DNA of 64,000 nucleotides from the NCBI GenBank assembly GCA_054600435.1, contig BAAIJX010000021.1:62001-126000 (forward strand), given 5' to 3'. Of this stretch, positions 11,298-23,967 are shown in pieces; the first letter of the stretch is position 1, and every line of letters starts with the position of its first letter. The translations under genes were made by a program, and so were the position numbers. Below the pieces are notes generated by a model, which saw nothing but the letters and a program-made list of their open reading frames with translations, ran no database searches and was not told the DNA's origin. The DNA is from Neophaeotheca triangularis (Eukaryota).

Positions 11298-13826
11298 ATG
11301 ACCTCTCCATATTCGACCAACTACACTCCACTCGAACAAGTCCTGCTCTTCCAGGCTCTACGCGCCCATGGTATCGCGCCCACTAGCTTCACTACCATCT
11401 CCAACCAGTTAAAGGCTTCCCGTTTGGTCACTTCCGACCCCCAATACGATGCAACCCGACTAGACCCGGACGCGCTTGGACAACTCTACCTGGCTCTGTT
11501 GAAGGATGAAGTTCGTTACGACCAGGAGCGACTACAGAGTACTGTCGACAATGGCTCCCAATCGCCAGGTTCGAAAAAGAGGAAGGCGCAAAGCCCTAGT
11601 TTGACGACAGTGCAAGAGGCGGCACAGCACTCGCACTTGCTGCCGAAACTAGTTGAAAGACTCTATGCGCGATACCGCAAAGTCGCCGTCGAGAAGATAA
11701 AGCGACAGGAAGAACGGCATGCGCAGCTGGGGCGCGAGGCAGACGAGGCTCGCAAATCTAGAGCGCTCGAGGCAGCGCAGAAAAAGCAGCCAGCCTCTGC
11801 GTCGCAGAGCCCTAGGCCCTCGACAACTGCTCATACGCAGCCGGCTCTACGTGTCAACGCCTCTGTACAGGCCACGCCTTCGGCCAACGGAAGCCCAGTC
11901 CCCTCCCAGCGTTCTACGGATACGAACGGGCCAGCCGTGCAGAAGCCGTACAGCACTGCGAGGATCGACGCAGTTATGAACCATGGCCCAGAGCCGCAAA
12001 GTAATCATGGTAATCACCGTAGAACGTCTTCCAATACCACTTTGCCACCACTTTCCGAGATGGCACCAAAGTCACCGAGCTTTGGTATACCGCCCAAATT
12101 TTCGGCGCAAGGCCACCAACCCGGACATGGCTACCAAAAGTCGCCAGTAGGCATGCAACCTTCGCCATACGCTACCCATCACGGCCACCCGGCGGCAAAC
12201 CCCATGGCAAGCCCGCAATTACAACATACCATGTCGCGTCCCTCTTCATCGCCCCGGCCGATCTTGCCCCCTATCCCCGGTATGCAGCTACCTGGTCCTA
12301 ACGCACCCTCTGGCTCACCGGGGCTGCGAGGTTCCTCCCAGCATCAGCATGTACCTCAACAGCCCCATTACTCGACACCAGCCCGAGGCACCCCTACAAT
12401 GCCTCACGCTGGCCAAGATAGACGCGCTAGCGCCTACAGGCCGGGTCCACCAGTGCAAGCACAGTATCATTACCCGCAGCAGGCGGTTCCTTATTACGAA
12501 AACACGCCTCATTATCACCACGGACAGGCTCAGAATCATCACTACCAGCATCAGCAGTCGCCGCAGCCGGCTGGTTATTACGCACAACCCTTTAACGTTC
12601 AGCCACAGCTGCCTGCCAAGGCGCCTCAGCAGTTCAATCAAGCGCCGCAACCTCCCCAGAGACATCATCCATCGCCTGCTCGTACCGCTCAGCATGTAGC
12701 TCAGCAGCCTTACACTCCAAGTGCCCCAGCTACTGGGCCCCGAGCGCCCCAAAGACCTACGGATAGCATTGCTGCAAGAGCCATCAAGATCCTCGGTACC
12801 CCGAATGCATTTCGCAAGTCTCTTTGGAAGCCAAGTGGAACTCCTAGAGCCGCTAGCCCACCGCGCCCCGACATCGAGCCACTCAGCCCCAAACTATCGC
12901 GGAAAGCTCCTTCGGAGTCTTTCGACGGAAAAGAAGAGCTCAACGAAACGATTGACCGGGACGATCATCATGTAACCGACAGCGTAGCAAAGCCGCGTAA
13001 AGTTGGTCGTCGGCAGTCTCGTCAAAAAGGTGCTGGTAGTGCAACATCTGTTCTCTCTACTCGACCACGAAGCCACTCTGTTGGATCAGCCACCGCTACA
13101 TCGACTGTTGCAGACGAGGCGACATCCAGCACGCAGGGAGTCAAGCACGAGCCCTCGACTCCGGCAGATCCCATGGATATTGACGAACTTGCTCACGATG
13201 CGGAGCCTGCAGCGACCACGGCCGGAGGACCAATGACACGGAAGAGACGAGGCACAATGTCTTCTCAATCTCAGCCTGCTTCGAAGCGCAGTAAGCGCGC
13301 CAACTCTCCAAACACCACCGCAGGAACCCACGAGGAAGTCGCACGCTCGCAGTCACGACCCAACATTGTCACAGCGACTCGCAACTTTGCGAAGGTGTCG
13401 CAAGTCATCACAAGCGAGATTCTTAGTCACAAACACGGCTCTCGCTTCAAGTTACCGGTTCGCGACAAAGATGCAGAAGGTTACAGTGAGATTATCAAGC
13501 GTCCACAGGATCTCAAATCGATAAGGGCTGCTATCACTGCAGGATCTCGAGCAGTCGCGGCCGCCAGTGCGATTGCGGAAGCACCAGGCACGCCATCTTC
13601 GAGCAAAGATTCTAGCGCCACGGTTGATCTTGAGCGTACCGCGGACCTCATTCCCCCCAAGGCCATTGTCAACGGTAGTCAGCTCGAAAAGGAGGTGATG
13701 AGGATGTTCGCAAACGCCGTCATGTTCAATCCCGGCGAGGATGGCATGGTGGCTGACACGCGGGAGATGGCGGAGAACGTTGAGACTATGATCCGTGACT
13801 GGCGAGGGGCTGAGAGGGAAGGCTAG
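11298..13826 (+). CDS. Bromodomain protein, BRD8/Bdc1-like (NuA4-associated type)
   Basis: 842-aa ORF: N-terminal helical YTPLEQVLLFQAL segment, long Pro/Gln/His low-complexity centre, C-terminal bromodomain (FKLPV...YSEIIKRPQDLKSI...MFANAVMFN). Confidence 0.8.
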   Translation: MTSPYSTNYTPLEQVLLFQALRAHGIAPTSFTTISNQLKASRLVTSDPQYDATRLDPDALGQLYLALLKDEVRYDQERLQSTVDNGSQSPGSKKRKAQSPSLTTVQEAAQHSHLLPKLVERLYARYRKVAVEKIKRQEERHAQLGREADEARKSRALEAAQKKQPASASQSPRPSTTAHTQPALRVNASVQATPSANGSPVPSQRSTDTNGPAVQKPYSTARIDAVMNHGPEPQSNHGNHRRTSSNTTLPPLSEMAPKSPSFGIPPKFSAQGHQPGHGYQKSPVGMQPSPYATHHGHPAANPMASPQLQHTMSRPSSSPRPILPPIPGMQLPGPNAPSGSPGLRGSSQHQHVPQQPHYSTPARGTPTMPHAGQDRRASAYRPGPPVQAQYHYPQQAVPYYENTPHYHHGQAQNHHYQHQQSPQPAGYYAQPFNVQPQLPAKAPQQFNQAPQPPQRHHPSPARTAQHVAQQPYTPSAPATGPRAPQRPTDSIAARAIKILGTPNAFRKSLWKPSGTPRAASPPRPDIEPLSPKLSRKAPSESFDGKEELNETIDRDDHHVTDSVAKPRKVGRRQSRQKGAGSATSVLSTRPRSHSVGSATATSTVADEATSSTQGVKHEPSTPADPMDIDELAHDAEPAATTAGGPMTRKRRGTMSSQSQPASKRSKRANSPNTTAGTHEEVARSQSRPNIVTATRNFAKVSQVITSEILSHKHGSRFKLPVRDKDAEGYSEIIKRPQDLKSIRAAITAGSRAVAAASAIAEAPGTPSSSKDSSATVDLERTADLIPPKAIVNGSQLEKEVMRMFANAVMFNPGEDGMVADTREMAENVETMIRDWRGAEREG

Positions 13827-14318
13827 GGAGTTTCACACCAAAGTCAATGACAGCGATTATGGATATGCGCTGTTGGAATGCAACAAACCTCCCGTATGTA
13901 GACGGTACTCATTGTGTACAATACCATCAGCTGTCTCATAAAGTTCTAGCCACGCAATTGAGGGCCACTGTATCGTTACGCTGTTACTCCAAGCAATTGT
14001 TTTGTAGAGGTAATAATTAAGAGCACCATGTGTGGTTCTTCCTGATCGTGTTGTTGGCCGTCGTAGTCACTTCATCCGAGCACCTCCTAGCCTTGTACTA
14101 TTCACAAAACAAGCCGACAGTTGGACGGCCCATGGGGAAGGCGCTCGACGACGCGGGCAAGCAGCAAGGCTGAGCGGAGTGCTTGTACCTACTTACACTA
14201 TTTCGCGTGCACACCTACCTACTGGCTTGTCCAATATCCCCTCCCGCATACCACGTTCCGACCTTTTGGAACAAATGCCACGAGGCACATCAGGGCCTAC
14301 CTGGTGCGGCTACTGCAG

Positions 14319-15928
14319 ATGCTGCTGACAAGGTTCGGCGGCCTGAGCAGGCCTTACGCTGTTCTCCTCCCCGCCGTCGTCTTCTGCCTAATCGTGTCGT
14401 ATCTTGCGCTCGGTGGCAAGTCTCACTTTAAGAAGGTCGACGACTGGCTTGCATCTTCGACCGAGGTCGAAAATGTGCCTGTCGACAATGCCGACGACGG
14501 CGACGACGATCCCGCCAACAACAAGTTCTACACCTGGACTTCCCAAAGCAACTTTGCGCCTGTGAATCGCGCGAACGTCAGCGACGCAAGCATAGAAGAG
14601 CTCTGCGCCTCCTTCCCTCACCACCTCCTCAACGACATACAGCCAGTTCTCAAGACCGGCCATGGCGTCCTCGATGCCCGCGTGCGTCCACAATTGCAGA
14701 GCTTGTCTGCCTGCCTCAGCAACCTTCTCATATTCTCGGATCTCACAGAGGAGTTCGAGGGCCACCAAGTCATTGACGTGATAAACGAGATACCACCAAA
14801 GCTCTCCCACCACACCGATCAGCTCGAGAATTACTTCCTGATGCAAGAGCTTGCTTCAAATGGGTCGCTAGCTACGTTCGATCAAAAGGAACTTCACCCA
14901 TGGGCTTTGGACAAATTCAAGTTTCTGCCGGGAGTCTCCAAGGCCTGGCAAATGCGACCTGAGAAGAGATGGTATATTTTCTATGAAGCCGATACCTATA
15001 TCGTATGGGACAACCTCTTTCGGCTGCTGGAACATTTCGACGCGGATAAACCACTATACTTCGGATCCCCATCACCAGGGAGGAAGTGGTTCGCCAACGG
15101 AGGGCCTGGGTTCGTCATATCTCGAGGTGCTATGAGAAAGCTGATTCAAGAGGACTGGGATAAGGAGACGGGCGAATACTTGGGCTCGAGGCTTACCGAG
15201 TATCTGTGGGCCGATGATTTGCTGGGCAATTGCTGCGGTGATTCTACTCTTGGATGGGCGCTATTCAGGGTGGGCGTGGAAGTGAGTGGAATGTGGCCCA
15301 TGTTCCAACCGCATCCTGCGCACGGTGTCCCATTCTCAGACTTGTACTGGTGTCAGCCATTAATCACGATGCACAAACCGCACGTAGAGGACATGGTCGG
15401 GTTGTGGCGCTGGGAAGAAGCTCGAAGGGACCCCAATGTAAGTACTACAACGCTAGATTGGTGCCTGTATAATGCTGATTCTCAAAGCGACCCCTTCTCT
15501 TCCGCGACCTCGCCGACTACCTCAACATCACGTCCGTCGCCTTTCGAGAAGACTGGGACAATGCTGCCTGGGATGGCTACCCGGCCCCTTCGGGAGGACC
15601 TGATGGCATCGATCCCCATTCGTCCCTCGAGGCTTGCAGCAGAAGTTGCGACGAGAGCGGTAACTGTTTTCAATGGACTTATCACCTGAAACGCTGCACT
15701 TTCGTGCGTTCGTTCCGACTTGGCACTCAAAAGGAGCCGCGGGGCGAGAAGCCGAAGACCCACAAAGATGAGGAAGGCAACGTGGTTGAGGAGCCTGTAA
15801 AGGAGTGGAGCCTCGAGGATCAGAGGTACATGGCTGGCTGGGACGTTGACAATATCAAGAGATGGATAGAGAAGAGACCGTGCGAAGAAGTTGAATGGGT
15901 CAAGCCTAGCATCGAGAGGATCTTTTGA
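14319..15928 (+). CDS. Glycosyltransferase family 31 (Fringe-like), type II membrane protein
   Basis: N-terminal TM; motifs WALDKFKFLP, WYIFYEADTY, FANGGPG, CCGD. Intron 15438..15487 (GTAAGT...AAG) leads to a Cys-rich C-terminal exon ending at 15928. Confidence 0.88.
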
Positions 15929-16668
15929 GGCTGCGGAAATGATATAGGTGCTTCGGCATCAGGGACAGGGCTGTCACAATCTGCCAGAGCTGTTGCTCTA
16001 TTTTGCTGCTTGCGGACGAAGGATTTATCGCTCCCGGGCCACTATTGCGATGCCCACGCTCATGGGGCACAGACGTTGAATCCACCTCGACACCTTCTAG
16101 TCACGACTAGCTTATGCGTCGTGGCTGGAGGCCGTGGATAGATAGACCACTGTCCTAGGTTCTATTGAAATGGGTGCAAGGTCAACTGGGGCAAGAGGGA
16201 TCTTGAGGGATGATTCGACTTGGTGAAGAGAGCTTAAGGATTGGATACCCGAAGTGGAATTACAATTTTCCAGCAGTAATGACAATGAGCCACCTGACTA
16301 GACCTGCCAGTTTCAGACATCTTGAAATTTTCAGAAGCAGGGACTTTGGTGGTGTCTCAGAACCTCGCCGCTATTCGATATACTTATATAGTTCCAGAAT
16401 TGATCAATGTGCAACTTGACATTACTCAATGTACCTTAGGGTTAGCGTTTGGGTAGGAGCCTCGCCTTGCAGTTCCGGTCGAAGCTAGAGGTGAGTCGGT
16501 ATTTCGTGGCAGGTGATCTCTCAATATCCATTGCTCTCGAAGGCGAGTTGTGTTAGTGGTGTTGGGGTGTGGAGACAAGTGAAGCTCTTGGTGACTTGGG
16601 CAGCAATCGTTGGCTTTCATCCGCAACGGGACTATAAGCTGCCACCTTTACAATCTCCAACTCACAAC

Positions 16669-17742
16669 ATGTCCACTAACAAGACTTACGAGACAATCGT
16701 CCGTTTTCAGCCCAAGCAGGCTGTGACTGACGGCAAAGGCTACATCGATTCAACGCTCAGCAATGAACCAACGTTTGTGGCCTATGACAATGCCTTCAGC
16801 CATGTCCTAGGCGATGAACCGCAGCTAGTACTGGTGGAAGGACGAAGCGACAGATTCGCACACGAAGCTGGAGTCTACATCAAATCGAACAACACAGAAT
16901 GGTTCTCCAGCAATTACCAGACGGGAAAAGCCATAGAAATATACAAAATCGACTGCTCCACGCAGAGCATACAGCTCCAATCGCTCCCCGGCGTTGTCCA
17001 TGCCAATGGAGCCTGCAACTACCGGGATAAGGTTCTCTGGTGTGCTCAAGGGTCCCTGACCGCGCCCTCTGCCCTGACCTTGCAAGACCCCGAGACTCTC
17101 GAGACGGAAAACCTGCTAGACAACTTCCACGGCCGCCCCTTCAACTCCATCAACGACGTGGTCGTGCACCACGCCACCGGCGACATCTGGTTCACCGACC
17201 CCATCTACGGCTACGAGCAAGCTTTTCGCCCTCCCCCTCAGCTGCCGAGCCAGGTCTACCGCTTCCGACCCTCGACAGGGCAGATCTGGTGCGTAGCCGA
17301 CGGTTTCGAGGAATGCAACGGCCTCTGCTTCAGCCCGGACTACAGCAAAATGTACATTACAGACACGGGCGCTCTCAAGGCCCACGCTACGCCGGGGAGC
17401 GGCACGAATTTCTCCTTCAACCCGCGACTTCCCGCAACTATCTACGAGTACGACGTTGTAGCCGGGGGCACGCGGTTGGCCAACAGAAAAATGTTCGCGT
17501 TTTGTGACGTGGGTGTGCCCGATGGCATCAAGTGCGACGAGGCTGGGAATGTGTATTCGGGCTGTGGGGACGGGGTGCATGTGTGGTCTCCGGATGGCAC
17601 GCTCATTGGGAAGATCCGCACTGATACGGTAGTAGGTAACTTCAACTTTGCCAGGGAGGGTATGTGGATCTTCGGGGAGGAGAAGTTGTTCTGGTGCCGA
17701 CTTGGGAAGAAAGGTGCATTGTGGCAGGTCGAATGTGCTTGA
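16669..17742 (+). CDS. SMP-30/gluconolactonase (lactonohydrolase) family beta-propeller
   Basis: FAHEAG, FNSINDV, IWFTDP, CNGLCFSPD and PDGIKCD motifs; TATAAG about 35 nt upstream. Confidence 0.9.
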   Translation: MSTNKTYETIVRFQPKQAVTDGKGYIDSTLSNEPTFVAYDNAFSHVLGDEPQLVLVEGRSDRFAHEAGVYIKSNNTEWFSSNYQTGKAIEIYKIDCSTQSIQLQSLPGVVHANGACNYRDKVLWCAQGSLTAPSALTLQDPETLETENLLDNFHGRPFNSINDVVVHHATGDIWFTDPIYGYEQAFRPPPQLPSQVYRFRPSTGQIWCVADGFEECNGLCFSPDYSKMYITDTGALKAHATPGSGTNFSFNPRLPATIYEYDVVAGGTRLANRKMFAFCDVGVPDGIKCDEAGNVYSGCGDGVHVWSPDGTLIGKIRTDTVVGNFNFAREGMWIFGEEKLFWCRLGKKGALWQVECA

Positions 17743-17803
17743 TTTGGATTCGGCAACGCCGGTCCGCTATGCTTGCTGCTATATAGACTCTTCTACGCTG
17801 ACA

Positions 17804-19736
17804 TCAACGAAAGCCCACCTGCACCACGGCTTCACTTGCCACGGCTGGCCCTACGCAAGCAGCAAACTCATAGAATTTGCCCTTTAGACTTGTCGGGTCC
17901 AGTGGGGAGCTATCATCCCAAATCACCAAGTCCTTCTCGAGAAGTCAGCATTCGTATCTGTGGTGAGAGATTTTGGGGTTCATACCTCCGCTTGGAAGAC
18001 CCTGCCGCCCCCTGGCGTGAGTTTGATGGCCCCAACGTTCATCTCTTCATCAATTTTTGCCACGTCCGTCATGCCTGGCATTCCGATCGCGAAGAGCGAT
18101 TCGTCAGACACCATTGCATCAGTCGGATTTGGGTGCTTGATAATGGCTTCCTCTCCTTGGGTGTTGTCAACAGCGACGGAAACAACTTCGATGGTTCGTT
18201 CGCCCCCCGCAACAGAAGAAGATGCTCGGCTGGTCAGTCCCCTTCTCTTCCTCGCGAAATCTGTGAAGGTTGGGGACTCCATCGCGCGACCCATCTCTTC
18301 ATCGAGCAGGTCCCAGTCCTTGCTTTCCGCGTCGAGCACATATTGCGGCTTGTAGTCACCCTTGTATCTCATCTTCACGCAGCTGTGAATGTAGAAGCCC
18401 ATGTAATAGTACTGATATTCACCCTCGAGCGCCAGTGTCGCTTCTCTCATGGCTGAGAGCTTGCCGAAAGACCAATGCTCGAAATCGTTGTGATAAATGA
18501 AGTAGACGGCGCTGACGGCGTGGTCCAGGAGATCGAGCACACCAATGGCGATGAGACGGCCATCTAGACGATAGCACTGATGGAAAGAGCCAATCTTTCT
18601 GCCCTCAGAGGTTCTGTGCTTTGGAATCGGTGAGTTGCAGAGAAAGCGTTTGAAGCCTGCTTTTGAAATTTCGCCAGGCTTTTCGTGGTGGACGTTGCGC
18701 TGGTAGTTTTCGAAGAGAGCAAACTTTTCATCAGTGAAATTGTCAGGCTCCAGCGTCACATTGAATTGGTGTTCCGGCTCGACGCCTGGCCTCAAGTTGG
18801 CAGTTTCGGGCTCGTGGACTGATGCCGCGAGATCGGGTACTGCATTTCTCTCGCGCTTTTTCTCCCTGATGACCGTTAGGACGAGAATTTCGGAGGAGCA
18901 TCAGTTGCCAGGGCTCACTCTTTGCTCTTCGGAAACCTTTTCTTAACCTCTTTGATGTATTTTTCTCCGAGAACGAAGCGGTTCCAGCGATTGAGAGCTT
19001 GTCTTTGGTCTCTTGTTGGGTTGTATTCGGCAGCAGGCAGTCTAGAATATCATCAACATATGTATGCTTGCAATCTGTGTCAACAACCGTACCTGATCGT
19101 ATGATGGGGGCAACATGACCTCGCAAGGTCTGGCAGGTAAAGTAACGTGCCGGATCTTCGATACTTGTCAGTGTCTTCTTTCCCTGACCAAGCCGGCGTC
19201 TTTTCAACGACTGTTCTGGCACCGAGCATTGTCTTCGCTGTCTTACCTTCGCCATCCTCTATCCATCAGCACCTGATAATGTTTGGCGCTCAGGAGCTGA
19301 GCGTTCACATAGTATGAGCCGCCTTTGTCTAGTCAGAACAGAACCCATTGCACGGAAAGCGCGGAGATGCTTCTTCAAACGATCGACGCGATGAACCCTT
19401 GGAAGCAAAAGGAGAAGAAACGAAGTAACGGCAGCGAAGCATACGAGATCTGGGAGTCCGACTTGAATCAATTCCTTTGCAGTACCCGCAATCCCCGACT
19501 TGGTATCCTGCGAGTCATTGTACTTAGCTTTGCAATAAAAGGCAGAGGTCTCGATGACATCCCAAATGACATCCTAATTGGCACAGAGCTGCCTGTGAAA
19601 GAAGAGGTGCAATTGCGGTTAAGGAGGGTGTTCCCAAGCACGAGCTCGAACTATAGGGTACGGTGGACTCGTAGAACAGCTTACCTAGAGGCGATAGGAG
19701 CGATGGAGCTCCACCCACGCCGGTGGTAGACTGCAT
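17804..19736 (-). CDS. ATE1: Arginyl-tRNA--protein transferase
   Basis: Hand-spliced multi-exon model: GYQVGDCGYCK, LMDRGWRRSG, SCCPHHTIRL, GSFHQCYRLDGRLIAIGVLDLL, YYYMGFYIHSCVKMRYK. Introns include 19508..19684 and 19323..19444; the last exon ends VGFR-stop. Confidence 0.93.
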
Positions 19737-19882
19737 GGTGAACGCAGAGACAGGCGACAGCGACAACGGTGTGAGGTGGCTACTAGTAGCTGCGGCTGGC
19801 TTCAGCTGTTGTTGCTGTGTGGGATGGCGTGTGAAGGTTGGGGCGAATAAGGTAGCGCGGAGCCTACCACGTACTGCTCAGT

Positions 19883-19908
19883 GAGAGAGAGAGAGAGAGA
19901 GAGAGAGA
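19883..19908. repeat. (GA)n microsatellite
   Basis: About 13 GA units read directly. Confidence 0.95.
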
Positions 19909-20804
19909 AGAGAGAAGACGAACAGAGGGAATATTCTGGGTAGAGCGGATACGGTGATTATTGATGATGTTCTTGTTGAAGAAGGCATCCATGTACCTGC
20001 GAATGGATAGAAAGAAAGTGAAGGCTCCTTCACACATACCTCAGGTATGCCCGACCCCGAACCCGACGCCAAGCCGAGGCGTTGGAGGGGGTGACGGCGA
20101 CGACACAGGCGCATCGATATTCTCATGTGTCCAAATACATACCTTAAGTACAGTAGTGATAGAAATAATTAACGTCTTCTCGGTGTTGTGCTTGAGAAGG
20201 CGTAGCAGAAGTGTAGGTCGTTAATAAGGAGGTATTAATTATATTGATTGGCGCCGCCCACTTCCAAGATGATGGCGGGCAGTCCGGAGGTACCTTACTA
20301 GCCCACGGAGCCCGCCCACCTGGACCTGAGCAAGTGAAAAAGACTTGACAAGTCGAGCGGCGGCGGCGAGTGGTGCCCACCCACTCACGCCCACTACTGC
20401 GCCCGTCTGACTGTGGGCGCCTGCTGAGAAATTGTTCTAGCTCGACTCCGTGCTCGCGGCGGGGGCCTATTACACCCTGCCTCTGTCCCTTCTCTCCGTC
20501 ACTACATCTCCCTTCAACAATGCTGAATTTCGTAGTCTTCTCTCACCACCTGCAAAGGTCACAATCTCGTCCTCAGCCCCGTTGCAGACGGGACTGAAGG
20601 GCCTTTCGCTGCCTCCCACATACTCTGGCCTTCTCCCTACCCCCACGCTCCTCTTGCCCTCGCTCCAGCTTCGGGTCTGCATTGTCGCGTGTCCACCCCG
20701 ACTCGACGGCAAGTAGAGTCGGATTAGTGGGTATTTGACAGACTCAGTCGATCGCCAAATCGCGAGCTCCACCCCGTAAAGGAGCGCGGTCCGCAACGCC
20801 CATC

Positions 20805-21397
20805 ATGGCGCAAGAACAAAAACAGCCATCTGAGCGGCCGATGAAGGCGAGAGTTGGCAGAGACAACCAACGGTAAGCGCTGGCGTCTTCTTGCTTGTCT
20901 TACATACTTTGCTCTCTTTGCATCGTGACCCTTCAGCGCTCTGACCTCCTCCAAGATACGGCCCAGGCGGTGAACGACTTGTAGCCGGCGTTGTCCCTCT
21001 CTCCCTTGACAAATCAAAGGTCCTCCTCATTCAGTCGACTCGGCGAAACGGATGGGTCTTGCCAAAGGGCGGCTGGGAAACGGACGAGCCTACAGAGGAA
21101 GATGCCGCCTGTCGAGAAGCGTGGGAAGAGGCGGGCATCGAATCCAAGATTGAGAAAGACCTGGGCTTCATCGATGAGCAGAGGACAGAGGCGCAGATCA
21201 AGAAGTACGGTGCCGAAGCTCCACGAGCCAGATATCGCTTCTTCGAGGTCACGGTTGAAAAGGAAGCGGACAGCTGGCCAGAGGCTCATAAGCGGACGAG
21301 GCAATGGACGAGCTATGCCAGCGCAAAGCAATCATTGCGCGACCGACCTGAGCTCCTTGAGGCGCTGGAGAGGAGTGGCATCAAGAAGGAGGACTAG
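20805..21397 (+). CDS. DDP1: Nudix hydrolase, diphosphoinositol-polyphosphate/diadenosine polyphosphate hydrolase (DDP1/Aps1 family)
   Basis: MKARVGRDNQRY...RLVAGVVPL, WVLPKGGWE and Nudix box AACREAWEEAG; intron 20873..20955. Confidence 0.88.
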
Positions 21398-22581
21398 GCA
21401 TGACGTTTCTATACTGGCCAAGCACGGAGGGGAAGGTGCTGAATCTGCGCCCAATGTAAAGGAGTAAAGGCCGCGACTATCGACCAGCTGCCGCAAAATC
21501 ATCCCCTTGATCTCTCCAATCGTCGCCCATGCGACATAGCTCCAGAGATGGCTTGGTGACAGTACCAAGGATCTAAGCCCAACAGCTTTCTATCCAGCCA
21601 AAAGGGAAGATCAGGTCTTACTGCACGTAGATGAGCGCTCGTGAATCGAGTCCTGTCTCTGTGGTTCCGTGCGAAAGTACCACTAAGTGTAGAAAGCGTC
21701 GAATGGCCATCGCCTGGCCTTGTCCTCGTATCTTGACCTAATGTTGGTCAGGCATTCGTTTCTTCACGATGCAGAAGTCGGTCGAGAAGCGTGAAGGTCG
21801 CAAACATGATTATTAAAGCGCCAGAAACCCCTGTATCCCCTCACTCTCCGCGAGGCTGCACTATGACCTTGTTAAGCATGTCTGTTAAGCATTACGGGCT
21901 GGCTGAAACCTCATTTCCTCGCGTCCTGCCGCAGCAAGGCGTTGCTTGTGGGCGATGTCACGAGACTATGATTGGCTAAAAGGTGTCTGAGGCCACCCGT
22001 ATACGATACCGGCCCAGTGGGCAGTGAGTGTGTCGACTCCCCAAGAATAATGCAAGGCTGAAGCGTAAAGTCAATTACTTTTATGATTCTGACTGCATCT
22101 CATCCGTTCGTGTCCGTCGAACGTTTTCCTTTTTCCTGCCACCATTGACTCAACTTGCTTCGCATACTGTGAAGTGGTAGTACGTCTCCGAAGCCCTTAT
22201 CGCACACGGTGCGTCAAGCGTAGAAGCGGGACATGGTCGGTGCTACTCGTGATGATGCGGCATTCTTTAGACGAGCCATTCAGCAGTTGTTACAGCGACG
22301 GCTTCGCTTGTTGATCGTCTTATCTGACACAACTGGCTCCACTTTCGTGGCAGACGAGGCGAAAGCACCTTGCCAGGTTGACGACGACTGTTTACATCCT
22401 TTTTGGGGGGTCAAGGAGGTACAATAACATCTACACGCCTTCCTTGCGCCGTTGCCGGTAGTCCTGTGCGCTCCTATCTCGCTTTCTTGGATCTCTCTTC
22501 ATCGTCCTTGCCTTTGCCCCCTTCTCCCCTTTCGCATTCTGCATTGCAAAAACGCCGAACGAGGCAGGGCCCTTAAATGTC

Positions 22582-23967
22582 ATGTCGAAGGCCTCGTTAA
22601 GAGGTCTGCAGAACTGCACCAGATTATGCATCTTTCTCGCCGCGCTCTTTACACTCCTGCTCGGCTGTCATTTGTTCTATGGTCTTGCGCCTCTGCACAG
22701 GTGGAAGGTTGCGGCCCCTTATGATGCCAGTCCGGCCTACAATGCCTCCCATGCCGCAATTGGAGACCTGCCCTGCAAACACCTTCCGGGCTCAGAGGAC
22801 GTTACCGTGGTTATGCGCACAGGCGCCACCGAAATCACCGACAAGCTCCCCACGCACTTGAATACGACTTTCAAATGTTACAAGGACTATCTCATCTTCT
22901 CCGACTACCCGGAGGACTTCCTGGGCTTTCCCGTTCACGATGCGCTCGCGCCCGTCGACGATGCGATCAAGGAGACAAACAATGACTTTATGCACTACAA
23001 TCGTTTGCGCAAACACGGCAGAGAAAGTCTAGAGCAGTCGGAGTTGAGCGGTCAAACTGCCTGGGAGATTGGCAAAGGGGGGAAAAAGGACAATGCGGGG
23101 TGGAAGCTGGACAAGTGGAAATTCTTGCCCATGGTGAATCGCACGTTGGAAATGAGGCCGTCTTCGAAATGGTATCTATTCGTCGAGCCCGACAGTTATG
23201 TCGTTTGGTCCAGCCTGCTGCGATTTCTGGATCGTCTCGATCCTTCCGAGGATATTTACACCGGGAGCGAGAACAAGATAGGTGAAGACATTTTCGCACA
23301 CGGCGGGTCGGCTTTCGTACTCTCGCATTCTGCTATAGAAAGGGCGGCGGGCATCTATCGAGACGACCCGCAAGGTTGGCACGAGCTGACGGCGCGACAC
23401 TGGGCGGGAGACTGCATTTTGGGCAAAGCGCTGCACGATGCAGGCGTGCCTCTTGATTTCGCATGGCCCATGTTTCAAGGTGACACGCCTTTCGACATGA
23501 ACTTTACCGAAAAGAAGGGGAAGAACCACGACCTCTGGTGCTCACCGGCGATTTCCTACCACCACGTGTCGACCTGGGAGATTGAGCAAATGTGGGAATT
23601 CGAACAGCGTTGGTTGCAGGACAGTCCTTCTGGGCCCATCCATCACGATGACGTTTTCCACGGTCTTGTGATGCCGGAAGTGGTCGACGAAAGAAGGAAC
23701 TGGACCAACGCGTCGCCGGATGTTCAACCGGATACCCAACACCTGACGACCGAGGAGTGCAGGGAGCTTTGCAAGAGCCGGTTCGAGTGTTTGCAGTACT
23801 CAAAGGGACCGGATGGCTGCTCTCTTTTTGACGAGGTCAGAATCGGTTCCACCACCGAAGGCTACGATTCTGGCTGGATCAGAAGCCGAGTCGAGGCATG
23901 GAACCAAGAGCGTGAGAGCTGTAGTGTGCGAGGATGGTTACGACCCGAGGGGCTGTTAGTGGAGTGA
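22582..23967 (+). CDS. Glycosyltransferase family 31 (Fringe-like), second paralog
   Basis: 461-aa ORF with TM anchor; GWKLDKWKFLP, WYLFVEPDSY, FAHGGS, WAGDCILG; Cys-rich C-terminus. Confidence 0.88.
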   Translation: MSKASLRGLQNCTRLCIFLAALFTLLLGCHLFYGLAPLHRWKVAAPYDASPAYNASHAAIGDLPCKHLPGSEDVTVVMRTGATEITDKLPTHLNTTFKCYKDYLIFSDYPEDFLGFPVHDALAPVDDAIKETNNDFMHYNRLRKHGRESLEQSELSGQTAWEIGKGGKKDNAGWKLDKWKFLPMVNRTLEMRPSSKWYLFVEPDSYVVWSSLLRFLDRLDPSEDIYTGSENKIGEDIFAHGGSAFVLSHSAIERAAGIYRDDPQGWHELTARHWAGDCILGKALHDAGVPLDFAWPMFQGDTPFDMNFTEKKGKNHDLWCSPAISYHHVSTWEIEQMWEFEQRWLQDSPSGPIHHDDVFHGLVMPEVVDERRNWTNASPDVQPDTQHLTTEECRELCKSRFECLQYSKGPDGCSLFDEVRIGSTTEGYDSGWIRSRVEAWNQERESCSVRGWLRPEGLLVE

